Of a stretch of 64,000 bases of DNA, positions 44,346-59,770 are shown piece after piece. Position 1 is the first letter of the stretch; every line of letters begins with the position of its first letter. Both the position numbers and the translations under genes were made by a program. The stretch is from the human T2T-CHM13v2.0 reference genome, Homo sapiens: NCBI RefSeq assembly GCF_009914755.1, contig NC_060931.1. One strand, given 5' to 3'. A model generated the notes under the pieces. The model had not been told where the DNA came from. It did not search any database and worked only from the letters and a program-made list of their open reading frames with translations.

Positions 44346-44399
44346 GATCTTAACATTCACATTGGTTACTTTTTTTAAATTTCAGATTTATCAATATTA

Positions 44400-44700
44400 C
44401 AGAGCTATTGCAAGAGTCATATGAGAATCGAGGATCTGGAAATTCTGTATGAAAGAGGTGCCATCTGAGTAGGGCCTTAAAGGATGCGCTGATTTGGACA
44501 CATAGATTGGAGGAGGTACATCGTACTGTGGCTGGCACAGTATGTGATTTTCTGTTTGATTGGAGTTCATGGTAAATGTAGGAACACGGTGTTATGTTTT
44601 CGATGCCTTCGATGCTAGGCTAAAGAAGATAGGCTTCCTTAGTGAGGCCATAGGAACCCATGGCAGATTTTTGAGGTAGGAAGTGATAAGTAATGTCACT
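44400..44700 (-). mobile_element. L2 fragment
   Basis: TCTGAGTAGGGCCTTAAAGGATG...GCTAGGCTAAAGAA...AGGAACCCATGGCAGATTTTTGAG. Confidence 0.55.
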
Positions 44701-45224
44701 CATTTATTTAAGCAGCTAGTCAAGCTCGCTTAGTTCCAAATAGCTGCTTGACCTTGCCTAGTTCCAAATAATTGACTTAAAATTAACAAGTTGACATTTA
44801 TTAAACAGTACTTTTTACAGTTTAATTGTTCACCACTTTAGACTAAATTTTTTCTACAGGTGGTGCAAGTTAATTAGATTTTCTTATAATGAGAAAGAAA
44901 AGCATTTCAGTACAGTGTCTTCTGTTCTGATATTCAAGGTCATTTCCTATATAAAAGTAAAATTCTACACAGCATAAAACCATCCTTTTTGACATTTAGG
45001 GACCATAGGTTTTAATAACATTGAACAAAGGGTTAAATTTTTTAAAAAGTTTTTGTACACTCTTTCTTTGGTATGCTTCATCTCTTTCATTTGAGCTGAA
45101 CAGCTTTAAATTTCACTTAAAGAAATGCTAGATAAAGAGAAGAACATTGTATAAGGGCAACTAAGTGAACAGGAAGCTGTGCTTCTCAGAATGGGGAGAT
45201 TTTAAAATAGAGGAGAAAGCTGTC

Positions 45225-45360
45225 AAAGCAAAAGTATAGCAGCCTCAGCTTTACTTGGGAATTTATTAGAAATGCAGATTGTTAGACTCTACCCCAGAAG
45301 TCCTGTGGGCGGGGCTGGCAATCTGTGTTGTAAGCGAGAAAGACTAATCTAAACCACTGA
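45225..45360 (+). mobile_element. MER5-like hAT MITE relic
   Basis: CTTGGGAATTTATTAGAAATGCAGATT...CTACCCCAGA...GCAATCTGTGTT...AACCACTG. Confidence 0.7.
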
Positions 45361-46543
45361 TCAAGGGAGGGGGATGTTAAGACTTACTGCAGAAAAGAGG
45401 TGAGAAATTGTACTAACAGTTACTGTTAATTCAACACTTACTTTGTAATGCACATTTTACAGATACAGCTTATGTAATCTTTTATGTCAACCCTAGGAAG
45501 TATAATATTACAATATCTTACTATATAGATGAGCAGAAAAGAATGGTTTAAGAAGTAGCATTGCAAAACTTCCGGCATGGAAGGTGTCTTTGACTCTATA
45601 CTCTGACCTCTTTAAATCGTGCTAGGCCATGCAGGTATGTTGTTTGTCTCCCAGAAGGCAGCGGTGGGGCTAAGGCAGCACCCACCTCTCTGCTCCCTCT
45701 GCTGCATTCCCCAGCCTCCCTGACTGAGGTAGGTATTTCTTCCTTCCTGCATCCAGGTGGAGCCTGCCTGGTCCAGTGAAGGAAGCAGAACAGGAATGGC
45801 AGGAAACCAGCTTTTTCTGTTTCTCTGGAGTTCTCTTAACAAACCCTGTGACCCTAGGCCTGTCTCTTGGTATCTCTATGCCTTATTTATTTTCAGCGGT
45901 AAAATGAGGACTGGGATAAATCTGTAGGTTCTTTCTGAATTTTATCTGGCTCTAGCACTTAATTAGAGACAGATGGTCAAACTAGGTGACCTCTCAAGGG
46001 TTCATTCTGGTTCGTGTTGAGAGGAGTTTGATATTGGAAATAATAGATTCTTGTTTATGTGCGAAATGGAGACAGTACTTTCTGGAAATGGTGTGATGCA
46101 AAGTGAAATCATGTCTGTGAAGTCCCTAGTAGCCTGCCTGGCATACATGGAAGGTGCTCAGTAAATGGTAGTTCCTCAGTCCCCAAGAGGAAAACAGCCG
46201 CATTCCTGATTCTGGTGTTTTCTTTCCTTAAGTTTTAACAGGTTAGTATTTTAATTTTCCTCTCAAGGAGGGAATAAGAGGTGCTAGGTTTGTATTAAAA
46301 TATTAAGTTAATTAAAGCTTCCTATTAAAATTTTAAGAGAGAGGAAGAGAATGGGGCAACATGACCACAATAAATAAAGCAAATAGGTCATTATGTTTCC
46401 AAATGGCATTATCCCTTGACTGTTGGTAGCTTTCCTAATAATAATAGGTTGAAAAAATGTTACTGTAACATAAATAATAAAAGATACTTATGGTAGTACT
46501 CTGCTAAGTACTATATAGACATGAGATACTTAATAACTTTTAA

Positions 46544-47020
<477 letters not shown>

Positions 47021-47091
47021 TGAAATATTCTTATTGTTGTTTTTTTCTGATCATTACTGATGTACCTTCTATAGAAATAAGACACATATTT

Positions 47092-47432
<341 letters not shown>

Positions 47433-48254
47433 TCACAAGTTGCAATTTGATATCCTTAGCTAGTTTCATCATTCTACCGTGACATTTATCCCCATTATGA
47501 CATTTCTAAATTATAGTGCTTCTCTCTCATGTTACGCATGTTTCTAAGCTCTTGGTTGGAATCTGTAAAATAGCTAGTTGTTAACATTTAATAAAATTTA
47601 GACTTACCTCACCTTACTCTGTTAGCAAAGAGTTACATGAACTCTGTTGTTTTGAATTAAGAGGTCAGTTGTGGCAGTAAACCTGGGTAGAATTTGGAAA
47701 GGAACTAGGCTACTTCCTTTTTGATTCTTCCTTATTAGGTCATTTGTCAAGTGGATACATTATCTTCTTTCCCTGAGGGCAGGAGACCATCTTAGTTCCC
47801 TTCTGTTAAAGAGATCTATGATTCATTACTTCCAGTGTGAAGGCCAGGTGCTTTTGCATGAGTTGTAAACTGCTAAGCGAGCCCTTTTGTGCCTTGTTTG
47901 TGTATGAGAGTCTTTCTCTTCAGAGTGTAGGGCAACCTGTCCCCAACCAGTCCCCTTTCCCAACATCCCCACCCACAGTGTGATGGATGCTGGCAGTCAT
48001 ACCACATTCAACATTTCCAAGTGGGACTTGTTTTTATTGGATATGATCACCAAAAAAATTTGAATTTAGATGAGAAACAAATCAAGGGGTGGTTATTCAC
48101 ATTGCCGATGGGTTTTGGGTTTTGTTTTTTTTTTTTTCCTTCAAAATGGTTCAGCCTAGGGGTTCTTTAAATAGCAAGTTGCTCTGCTAGATTTAAATGG
48201 GATTTGATATATAAAAATCCATTTACACATTTAACAGGATGTTATGTTGGTATA

Positions 48255-48410
48255 CCAGAATGATGAAGAGCAAAATTCTGGAGTCTTAAACCCAAGCAAG
48301 TTTAGAATCCCAGCTTTCTCGTATCCTGGCTTGTGTGATCATGGGCGAGTTATTTAACTTCTCTCAGCCTCGGTTTTCTCACTGGTAAACCAGAGATCAT
48401 AGCACCTCAT
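48255..48410 (+). mobile_element. MIR SINE relic
   Basis: GAATCCCAGCT...TGTGTGATCATGGGCGAGTTATTTAACTTCTCTCAGCCTCGGTTTTCTCA. Confidence 0.85.
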
Positions 48411-50275
48411 AGATAGCACTTCTGGAGTGTTTTGAATGGCAGAAACAGAAAGTGTCGTGTAAGACAACACATGCATTGTGTAAGGAAAGTCTTAGATGTC
48501 TAACACAGCAGTGGCAGTGTTCATTTTCAGGGCCATTTTGCCTGAGTTTTTGTTAGGCCCTTCTCTCTTTTCTTCTTTGAATGTATTTGTAAACTTGAAA
48601 AGAACACCGCGAAAAGAGCTCAGGATCCTGCTCAGCCACACTTCACCTGCTCTCCAGCTTGGCATGATTGATTGTCAGGAAGGCATAAAGAACTCAAACC
48701 ATGAATTACCCTACTCGGGGTAATCACAATGGTTTGGATGGCATCTCCTTAATTTTTGCTTTGACTTTTCTTTCCTCCGGGCAAGAGAGAGTAGAAGGAG
48801 TGGCAAGAGTATGCCTTTTAGTTACTGAGTTCTAAATTCTTGGAATGAGCATAGTCTGTTTTCTCAGGATCAGACTAGAAGGCGTCATTCTATTACAGAA
48901 GAGCCAAGACTTGTCCCAAATGGATGTGGGTTTCAGCAAAGCATCTTTAGCTTAAGGAGCGAAGGATTTGGACTGTGTTCAGCATCTGTGCTTCGCAGGC
49001 CACTCTTTATCCTTTTAGTGAGTCCCGCTTGTCTGTCCTCTGTCAAGGGCTCGTGTACACCATGCTGATTTAGTGCTAACTGGGGAGATTACAAATGCCT
49101 TGCCTGGCACTGTCAGCTAAACCTGAATCATTGTCTGTGTACTGTGACCCGACTAGTCAGAGGTTTACCCTTTGCTTTGCTGCTCACTCTTATAGGCAGA
49201 AAAGCCCAGCTCACCCCAGCTTTTATAACGGGGTCAGCTCCAGAAATAGCACCTTTAACTGGGAATAGAAGCAACACAAATCCAGCAAGTAGATAGTATA
49301 CAATGGCTGCTTTTTGGCCTTGGAACAAACAAAAGTGGTTTATGTTTACTACATACCACTTCCAAAACTGCTGTCTGTCATTTACTAGAGAGTTTATCAT
49401 TCCTGAGGGCCAAGGTCTAGGTTTTCTTCACACAAATGCCCTCCAAGTGGGAGCTGCTTGGTGTTGGTCATTGTTTGCACCCAGATTTATAATTTGGGGT
49501 TAATTAGACATAAAGACTTAAAGGCAAATGTGGTACCTGATGGACCATGGGTAGATAAGACACCTCCCAAAATGGATGGTGAAATTCTTTTTAAGAGTCA
49601 TAGTATGGAGAAAGTCCCCTTGTGAAGCTTTGTGTTGGAGCCTAGAATTGTAATGTATGGCACTATTAGACTTCCAAAACCAATGTGAACTTCAGTCGTT
49701 TGTATCATGATTTGCTTTATCCTATGTTCCTATCTTTCCCGGTAGTAGGTATTACTTTGTCTGTGGGTTACATGTCTTTCTCCTCTAAGATTTAACCTGG
49801 GGATTATTACATGCATATTTATATGCCCAGAGACAATAGTAGGCGCTCATCAATTGTTGAATAAATGAATGAATGAATGACCAAATGATTGAACAAACAA
49901 AGGAGCAAGTGAACAAACAGAGATGTGAAGTGGTGGGGGGCATTTCTATATGATTGTGTGTAAAGAGCACCCTAACACAGCATCTGAACAAATCACTCTT
50001 GGAAATCTGTTCAATCCCACCACCTTCACTAGCTATTCCTGTGAACCCCAACCCTCCCCTAGATACATTTTGGTGATATATTAGATTATTTTTTCTTTGC
50101 CTCCCTCCTACCATGATAAAAAGGATATTGAATGGCCAAACCAGTGCATTACAGTAACATGAAAGAAATGTTTATCTTTCATCTACCAGAATTCAAGGAA
50201 AAAAACCACAAAACTTTGTCAGCTAGATACTTTCCTGAATTGTTTTTTAAAATTGTTTAAAAAATTATTATTATT

Positions 50276-50567
50276 GCCAGGCACGGTGGCTAACACCTGT
50301 AATCCCAGCACTTTGGGAGGCTGAGGCAGGTGGATCACCTGAGGTCAGGAGTTCAAGACCAGCCCGAGTAACATGGTGAAACCCCATCCCTACTGAAAAT
50401 ACAAAAAATTTAGCTGGGTGTGGTGGCACCATGCCTGTAATACCAGCTACTCAGGAGGCTGAGGCAGGAGAATTGCTTGAACCCGAGAGGCGGAGGTTAT
50501 GGTGAGCCGAGATGGTGCCACTGCACTCCAGTCTGAGCAACCAGAGTGAAACTCCATCTCAAAAAAA
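50276..50567 (+). mobile_element. AluS
   Basis: Full dimer with GGATCACCTGAGGTCAGGAGTTC. Confidence 0.96.
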
Positions 50568-50577
50568 TATATATATA

Positions 50578-50850
50578 TTATTATTTTTAATAGGGTCCCA
50601 CCCTGTCACCCAGTCTAGAATGCAGTGGCACAATTATAGCCTACAGCAGCCTGAAATTCTTGGTCTCAGGGAATCCTCCCACCTCAGCCTCTTGGGTAGC
50701 TAGGACTGCAGGTGTATGCTACCATGCACAGCTATTTAATAACAGTTTTTTTTAGAGAGGGAGCGTTGCTTTGTTGTTCAGACTGGTCTCAAATTCCCGG
50801 CTTCATGCGATTCCCCTGCCTCAGCCTCCTTCTCAGGTAGCTGGTATTGT
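50578..50850 (-). mobile_element. Diverged AluJ, tail-to-tail with the preceding Alu
   Basis: CCCTGTCACCCAGTCTAGAATGCAGTGGCACAATTATAGC...GACTGGTCTCAAATTCC. Confidence 0.88.
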
Positions 50851-51402
50851 ATGAATTGTGTTTTGAATAAGAAGAAATTAAGGCTTATAAGATCAGTTGT
50901 GTGTTAGCAGCGATGTTGCTGACTGATCTTTGCAATCTGTAGGACTATTTGGTGCTACAATAATAAGAAATTAATCAGTTTGATAATTTTGCCATCATTT
51001 TTAAAAAATTTTGTAAAATAATTGAAAATCATATGTGCAATATCTTATAAATTTTTATTTTCAAAGCACATTCCTATATGGCAATTGAAGTACAGTTTGA
51101 ACTTACTTTTGACTACCTTCTTAATAGTGATTGATCATAAATTATAAAATTTTCACTTACCAAATTATGTTTAAAAAGCTAAATTTAACATTTTCTTTTT
51201 AATTTTGGAGTTGAATGGTCCTTTATTCCAGTCTTTGTTTTTGTTTTTTTCCAAGGGAAGACAAATATTTAAGTTCAAAGTCATGTTTAATAGAGGAAAT
51301 GAATGAAAAGTGGATGTCTGTTATCTGTTTGCAACAATCATCTTTATGTCCTAGTAAAAGTTTAATTTTAAAATCTAACTTTACAGATCTATACCCAGTA
51401 AA

Positions 51403-51702
51403 TTTTTTTTTTTTTTTTTTTCAAACAGAGTCTTGCTCTGTCACCCAGGCTGGAGTGCAATGGCGCTGTGTCGGCTCACTGCACTCCGTCTCCCGGGTTC
51501 AAGCGATTCTTCTGCTTCAGCCCTCCTGAATAGCTGGTACTACAGGTGCATGCCACCACACCCAGCTAATTTTTGTATTTTTAGTAGAGACAGGGTTTCA
51601 CTATGTTGGCCAGGCTGGTCTTGAACTCCTGACCTCAGGTGATCTGCCTACCTCAGCCTCCCAAAGTGCTGGGGTTACAGGCATGAGCCGCCACTCCTGG
51701 CC
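51403..51702 (-). mobile_element. AluS
   Basis: Full dimer; TSD CCCAGTAAAT. Confidence 0.96.
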
Positions 51703-52426
51703 CCCAGTAAATAATTTTAAGAATCTTAAAGTTACTCATTTTTACTTAGACTTTATGAGATTAAGCTATTTTCAAACTCACTTCTATTTGTCCTCCCCTG
51801 AGAGCTATTTACAAATTTGTATAGCACTCTGGAGTGTGATAATATCGAAGTCAATGCACAGTCAGGAGGCTTGTTAACTTATGTGATGATGTCAGTTTTG
51901 ATAAACATCTTTCTCATTTAGGCATTTAATGATAATCATTTCTTCAAGAAAAAGTTCTTAGTGGGGAAAAAGAGGCGAAAAGTACAGTGTGATTAACTTA
52001 TGATGCATTTTGGATTACAGCCTTTTAACCAAAAGAGAATCATCATTAAAACAATAATTCCTCAGAAGGCTTGAGGCATTTAACTTCTCTTAATTAAATT
52101 AGCTCAGTTTACTGCCAGTCAATAAAGTCTGGTTTGGAATGATGATAGAAATTAAATATCTAAGAATGCAGTATACATAATAGTTAAAGAAATGCAATTA
52201 AAAGTAATAAGGAGGTACTACTTTTCACTTAGGAAATTAATAATGATTTATAGAAGTGAGACTACTAACTTCTGGGAAAAATATAGTGAGACTGTCACTT
52301 TTATACACCACTAGAAAGCCCTTTTATAATGTTTGTCAAGATTCTTCAAAATACTAATAGCTTTTGATCCATTAATTCTTTGTCTAGGACATGCTGAGTT
52401 GGTGATCAGATGTGAAGAAAACTTCA

Positions 52427-52740
52427 GGCCAGGCTTGGTGGCTCACGCCTGTAATCCCAGCACTTTGGTAGTTCAAGGTGGGAGCATCGCTTGAGCAAAG
52501 GAGTTCAAGACCAGTCTGGGCAACATAGAGAGATCCCATCTCTACAAATAATTTAAGAAATGAAATTAGCTGGGAGTGGTGGCACATGCCTGTGGTCCCA
52601 GCTTACTTGCAGGACTAAGGCAGGAGGATCACCTGAGCCTGGGAGATTGAGGCTAAAGTGAGCCCGTGATCACACCACTGCTCCCCAGCCCAGGTGACAG
52701 AGTGAGCACCTGTCTAAAAAAAAAAAAAACCTGGAAAAAG
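52427..52740 (+). mobile_element. AluJ
   Basis: GGGCAACATAG; GGAGGATCACCTGAGCCTGGG; TSD AAAACTTCA. Confidence 0.93.
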
Positions 52741-53029
52741 AAAAACTTCATACAGCCAAAATACCCAACATCATGCAAATGCATGGTTGATTTATGTTAT
52801 TTTCTATTTTGGAATATTATGCAGAGGTTAAATAATAAGTGCACATAATATTTACTACAAGGCAGAATATTTGCTATATCTTAATTTTACTAAAAAGTGT
52901 AACATATAATAATATTTGAATTATGTATGGAAAAAGAGAGTGAGAACAAGAATGAATTGAAAACAGAAAGAAAATGCACCCAGATGTTTACAGTCAGTGA
53001 TTATGTTCTGACTGGCAAAACATAAGTAG

Positions 53030-53346
<317 letters not shown>

Positions 53347-55159
53347 ATAAGTAGATTTATTTTCTAAAATAAGTGCATATTACACTTATGATAAAAATTA
53401 TCATCATGAAAGATTTTATGTTCAAGGATTTCATATAGCTGCTTTGTATTTCTTCTGGCACATTACAGTCATAGTGGCAGTGACTTGTAGGGACATTGTC
53501 CTGATACTTCGAGTGCAATTGATGATATTTGTTTAATAGTGAATGTAGCTTAAGAAAAGAAAAGCAATCAAACAACAAGGTGATTAATGTAGCCACTTCA
53601 ACTCCTCAGATCTTTGGCTGACATGTTTTCCTAGCAAAGCAGAGGTACTTAACTAACCACAGAGAAATGCTCACACATGTCAGAAGGAAATCCAAGTGAT
53701 CACTTGTTTTGCCTTGGGCATCTGCACTTTTTATATAAGTATGACTTTCAGTCTGTGAGACCTTTCGATAAGTAGTGATAATCCAGAAGGATTGATGTAG
53801 TGATTCTGGACTTGAGATTTCTTTTCACCACTAAGACATTTGACTGTCACTTGCATCTTAATGCGTCCATATAATTTTCTAAAGCATTGGGGGACTGACT
53901 AGGTAAAGTCACTGTGGCCTTTTAAGTATGTGGCCAGCTGATCTCATGGCCTACCAGGGCTTCCAAGTGATTAGTGGGGATTGGCAAGAATTGACCTCTT
54001 TGGAGCCTGGGGAGGCAGAAGTACCTCAGTAATAGGGTTCAGGGAGACCATACATGGAGCATAGCTCTCTCTGACTTTCAAGTGGATAGAGCTAGTAGGC
54101 CTCTACTCATTGTGGTGTTTGTGATCAGACAACCCTTGCTTTGGAATCACTCTTCGTTGAGAGATACTGAGTCCAGGATGTGCCAAGCAAGATTGTAGAT
54201 ACTCTCACAGATGAATTCACCCATTCATTTATTGAGCACTTGATTTTTTAGGAGTACAACTTCATCATTAATTTCCTAGCTGTGTCATACAGGATCAGTT
54301 AGGTTAGATTCTCCCTTTGTAATTAATCCTAATTGCTGGGACTTTCATGTTTCTAATAAATGTCTATTCCCATAATCCTGTCCTACATTAGCTTTCTTCA
54401 TGTTGTTCTGTGAGATCTATAGTAAGCAGATGACACTGCTTATTATAGATTAGCTACTTCCTGTGTAATAAATCAATTATTCCTCTCAATAGGGACAATC
54501 TTGAATTAAAATCACATTTTTTTCTTAGAGAATTCTCTGTCAAATTCTATCAAAGGCCATGGTTTTTTTTGTTTTTTTTTTTTCCTGTCCAGAGACACCT
54601 TATTAATGACTTGATTTTATCCTTATTTCAAATTCTAATTCATGAATATCAGGGTATAAAATATTAAATATGCTGGTTCAGCTACCAGCTTTTCAAGCAT
54701 CATTGGGGAACATCCTGTTATATAATAGGAAAACATTTGGTATGGCTTTTGGGATGTAGATCATTTTTATAATTATTATAGGGAGTAAAAAATGCAGAAT
54801 AAAAAATAATTTAAATATAATTAGAAGTGAGAGCAGGTCAGTATGACCAAGAATATAAATCATAAATCTCTCTATTTTTGTGTTCCTTTATTTCATGCAG
54901 AGAAATACCAAACCTTTGTTTCTAAAAGGGCACCAGGTCTTTCAGAAAGCTGTGGTTCTCAGCAGCAATTTTAGTTAGGTTTCGTTTCATGTTTTCTGGT
55001 ATTCTGGGCCTCCCAATAGCCATTTGTGCCTAAAAGAGAGAGAGGATGAGGAGATTTGGGTTGCTTGTACTGCCAGCCTGGTGGCACTCTGGGGATATTA
55101 GATGTGTTCTGAGGATATATGTGTTTATTTAAATTTAAACAGAAAGTATTTCAATGGAT

Positions 55160-55822
<663 letters not shown>

Positions 55823-57870
55823 TTAACACTTGAGAATGTGAAGTCTTAAAAAAAATTTTTTTAATAGTTTGGGTTACTTAAAATGAAATACTGTACTGAA
55901 GCAGATAGAAGGACTCTTAGGACCTTTCTGTGTTTCTTCTGTACCTAATGGCATATAATAAATTCACTGTTTTGTTTAAATGATCAGTTGACTTGAGCTT
56001 TCTGTCATCTGCTCAGAAACACTACTTTAGGAATCTTATTCCATTTGGGAATTCTGACTAGAAGCTCTCCCAGGGTCATCATATGAATGAGTAACTTACT
56101 TCGCAGCTCTCCTCTTCCTCAGTAGCTGCTTCTCTGTAGGGCTGGAGGGAAAGAGAGTCTTCCATGCAGTCTCATCAGCCAAGAGGAAGGAGATGCTGGT
56201 ACCTGGTCTGCATCCCAACAGACAGCACACCCTCATGCCTTCCCCTTGAATGTACCTTTTTGGCTCTTCCTCATTCCTGGGGAAATGTAATAGTTCTTGA
56301 TTGTTCACAGTGTTGACTGCTCCCTACAATGTGAGGTTCCCCCTCTCCTCTCCCACAGATGGCACAGAGAAAGTGCTTATCATCGACACAGTAGTGGGGA
56401 AAAAAATGGATTCTCATTTTAGCAGGTGACTTGAGGGTGGTTGGTTGTCAGTGTGCTTTTTTTCATATTGGCTTGTTGCTACAGGGTCTGATGCTGGCAG
56501 ATTACAACTTTGTAGCTAGTCATTTTCGATTTATTTGAACCTATTTCTCCAGTCTACTGAGCTTTCACTGGCTAGCATCAATTCAGACACATTGCAATTC
56601 TTCAGAATCTCTATCCCCATCAGATGGTTCGATCTATGAGAAATTTAGCTAGAGGCGTTTAGACAAAAAAGAAATATTGTGGCTGGGGAAGCATTTAAGT
56701 TAGAGGAGGCAGCCAGGGCTGTTTTATTACTTAGTCCTGTGTCACCTGTGATGACCCATGAGAGTGGAGAATATTGATCGCTTGTCACTCAAGGCATTCA
56801 GCAGATTGCATTGACAAAGCTTGGCAGGTCTCTAATAGCAGGGTTACTGGCCTTGGCTGCGGCCCAAGGGAAAACTCTGCAGGCCCTATTACTTGGCGGC
56901 CTTTAACTCTTATAGAATTGGGAGAGAACACTGACAAAAGCGAGGACATGATTTTACGGTTACAAATGATTTTTCTTGCTTGCTTTCTTCTCACCCTTTT
57001 TAATTTTTCTTTTCTTCTTTTCCTGTCTATCTTACCTTCCCTCCGTGATCCCTGCCAGCCCCTCCTTTCTTATTATAGCTGATCATGGCAGTATTGTTTT
57101 TTTCTGGGTAAAAATCAGAGTGGATTAGAGAAAGCTTAGCAGGCCTAGCATGAGGCCTGAGTTATTCTCTCCTTTTAGGACAGCTTGTGCCTGACCACAT
57201 TGTTTGGAATGTGCCTGTGGATATATATACAGTACTTGAACTTGATGTGTAGGCCATTCACAGCTGTTGTCCTCTAGTAGAATAAGAACTGCCACTTCAT
57301 GACAGATGGGTTTCTCTCGTTTTCCATTTCCTGGTAGCCAGGCTTGGTTCAAGCCTTTGACCTTACATAGTCCCGAGGTTCAGCTGAAAGTAATGTGCTG
57401 ACATCAGAGAGATAATGGCACTAGTGCAAAACAGGAATGATTCTAAAAAAACAGTAGAGAGGATTCTATCTTTCCTAGACACTGCCTGATTTATGCACAG
57501 GTTCGAATCACCACCATTAATGACATTTTCATTCCTAACATAGGTTGGCCTCCTGTTGGACACTGTTGTGTAATGAGCGTTTCTGCATGGCTGTCATTTG
57601 CTTTATGAAGCATTCTTTTTATTTCTATTTTCTGTGTACCTTTCATTTAAAAAAATATCGTGTTTGTTATCTCCATTGTCTCTTTGAGGATGAGAAAGAC
57701 AAATATCATTACCCCCATTTCAAAGAAGAGTAAGTTCTAATCACAAGTGATTTAAATGTTAGAGTTTCATTCAATATTTTCACTAAAATTTCTAGTCCTC
57801 TAGTAAATCAGATATAAGCAAAGATCATATGTCTATTTCAGCCTCTAGGTAGGCTGGCCAGCTTTCTTGC

Positions 57871-57970
57871 TTTCTCCCTCTCCCCTCCCCTCCCCTCCCT
57901 TCCCCTCCCCTCTCCTCCCCTCCCTTCCCCTCCCCTCTCCTCCCCTCCTTTCTCCTCTCCTTTTTTTTTT
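57871..57970. repeat. (CCCCT)n polypyrimidine tract plus poly-T
   Basis: About 100 bp of pure C/T. Confidence 0.95.
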
Positions 57971-58042
57971 CTGTAGTCTTGTACTGGTCACCCCTTCACT
58001 TCCTCTTCCTTTGCAATGCTTTAGGCTGCCCAAAAGGTTCTA

Positions 58043-58392
<350 letters not shown>

Positions 58393-58409
58393 TGGGATGG
58401 GTCAGCCTT

Positions 58410-58610
58410 GAGTAGTGGACATGGCCTTTGCATTTATATTCCAACATTTTGCCACAGATGAGTTATGTATTATTGGCAGATTACTTAATCTCTCTGAGCC
58501 TTTGTTTCTCCATTTATCGAATGGAAGGTAATATTGTTTACCAAAAAAAGTGAATTATGTGGTATATGGATTATTTCTCAATAAAAAATATGAGTTGTGT
58601 AAAGTTTCTA
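58410..58610 (+). mobile_element. MIR relic
   Basis: GGCAGATTACTTAATCTCTCTGAGCCTTTGTTTCTCCATTTATCGAATGG. Confidence 0.7.
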
Positions 58611-59554
58611 ACATAGAAATGCCCTCCTTTGCTTCCTTCCTCCTTATACAACTAAGGGCCCACAAAGGCAGAATGAGAATTACCATCTAGGCCAATACTG
58701 GGGAAATATGTGCTACTACTGGAGACAGAAATGTGGAAGTATTGCAAACGAATGTGGACCTATTAATATTCTATAGCACTTTGAGCCACTTTGAATTAAA
58801 ATACTTATCTGTGAAAGGTTTTATAATTTATATGACCTGAAATAATTTACACCTAATTAGATTTTGTCAACTGAATAATTCTGTCTCATGTTGCTTCCAC
58901 AGAATAATTTAAGCAACTGCATTTTATTCTCAAAATAGCTGTAAATGTCAAATTAATTTTGTTGACATGATCAACATGTAGAAGAGCTACTTGGCAGAAT
59001 TGTTTGTCAACTGAATGTATTATGCATCTTTACAAAATATGTAGATTGATTATGGTTTAGCTGACTTTTGCAGTTTGTTGGTCTCCTGGAAAGAAGTAAC
59101 GGGTGGTGGTTACAAAAACCGTTATGGCATTTCTGTTCATCTGGCTAGAAACTTTTCGATATCTGTAAGTTTTCCTTCACTTTTCATTATATAGACCATG
59201 TCTTTCCCTTGGGTGTTATCTTTTTTGTCTGGGTGAGACTGGATCCCACGTAACTGCTTTGGTGTTTGTTATACTCCTCATTAATTTTATGGGGCTCTTA
59301 GTTGACACTGGCCACATAAAAATGATTGTTGAGTCTCACTCTTTTTATTTTGGACCATTTCTTTCATGTGGGAGCCTCTTTATCCCTCTCCTTAAAAACC
59401 CTGTTTAAGGATTAGTGTCCTTGCAGTTTAGTTGTAGCTTACTCAAGTTATCCCATTTATTCCAAAATCCCTTTTCCACTCCATTATACCCTGTCTAGTC
59501 CGGTCTTCTAGCTACTAAGATTGAAGTCCTGTCATCTTCAGGTTTGGTTGAATC

Positions 59555-59770
59555 CAGTGCTTCCCAACCCTGTCTCATCATGGCACATGTAGAAAATGAT
59601 ATTATTGTACAGCACACGGAAGTAAATCAAGACCTTTTGCTGTGGAGGTACCTGGCTCAGAGGCCATGACCTGCCTTAAGTAGGAGGGAATACATGCATA
59701 CTATCCTGTATGTTTTGGTGTAACCAATCCCCAAATTTGAACCAATCTTGGCAGGTATTAGAAATTTGCT
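59555..59770 (+). mobile_element. hAT-Charlie MITE relic (MER112-like)
   Basis: CAGTGCTTCCCAACC...CATCATGGCACATGTAGAAAATGATATTATTGTACAGCACAC. Confidence 0.5.
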
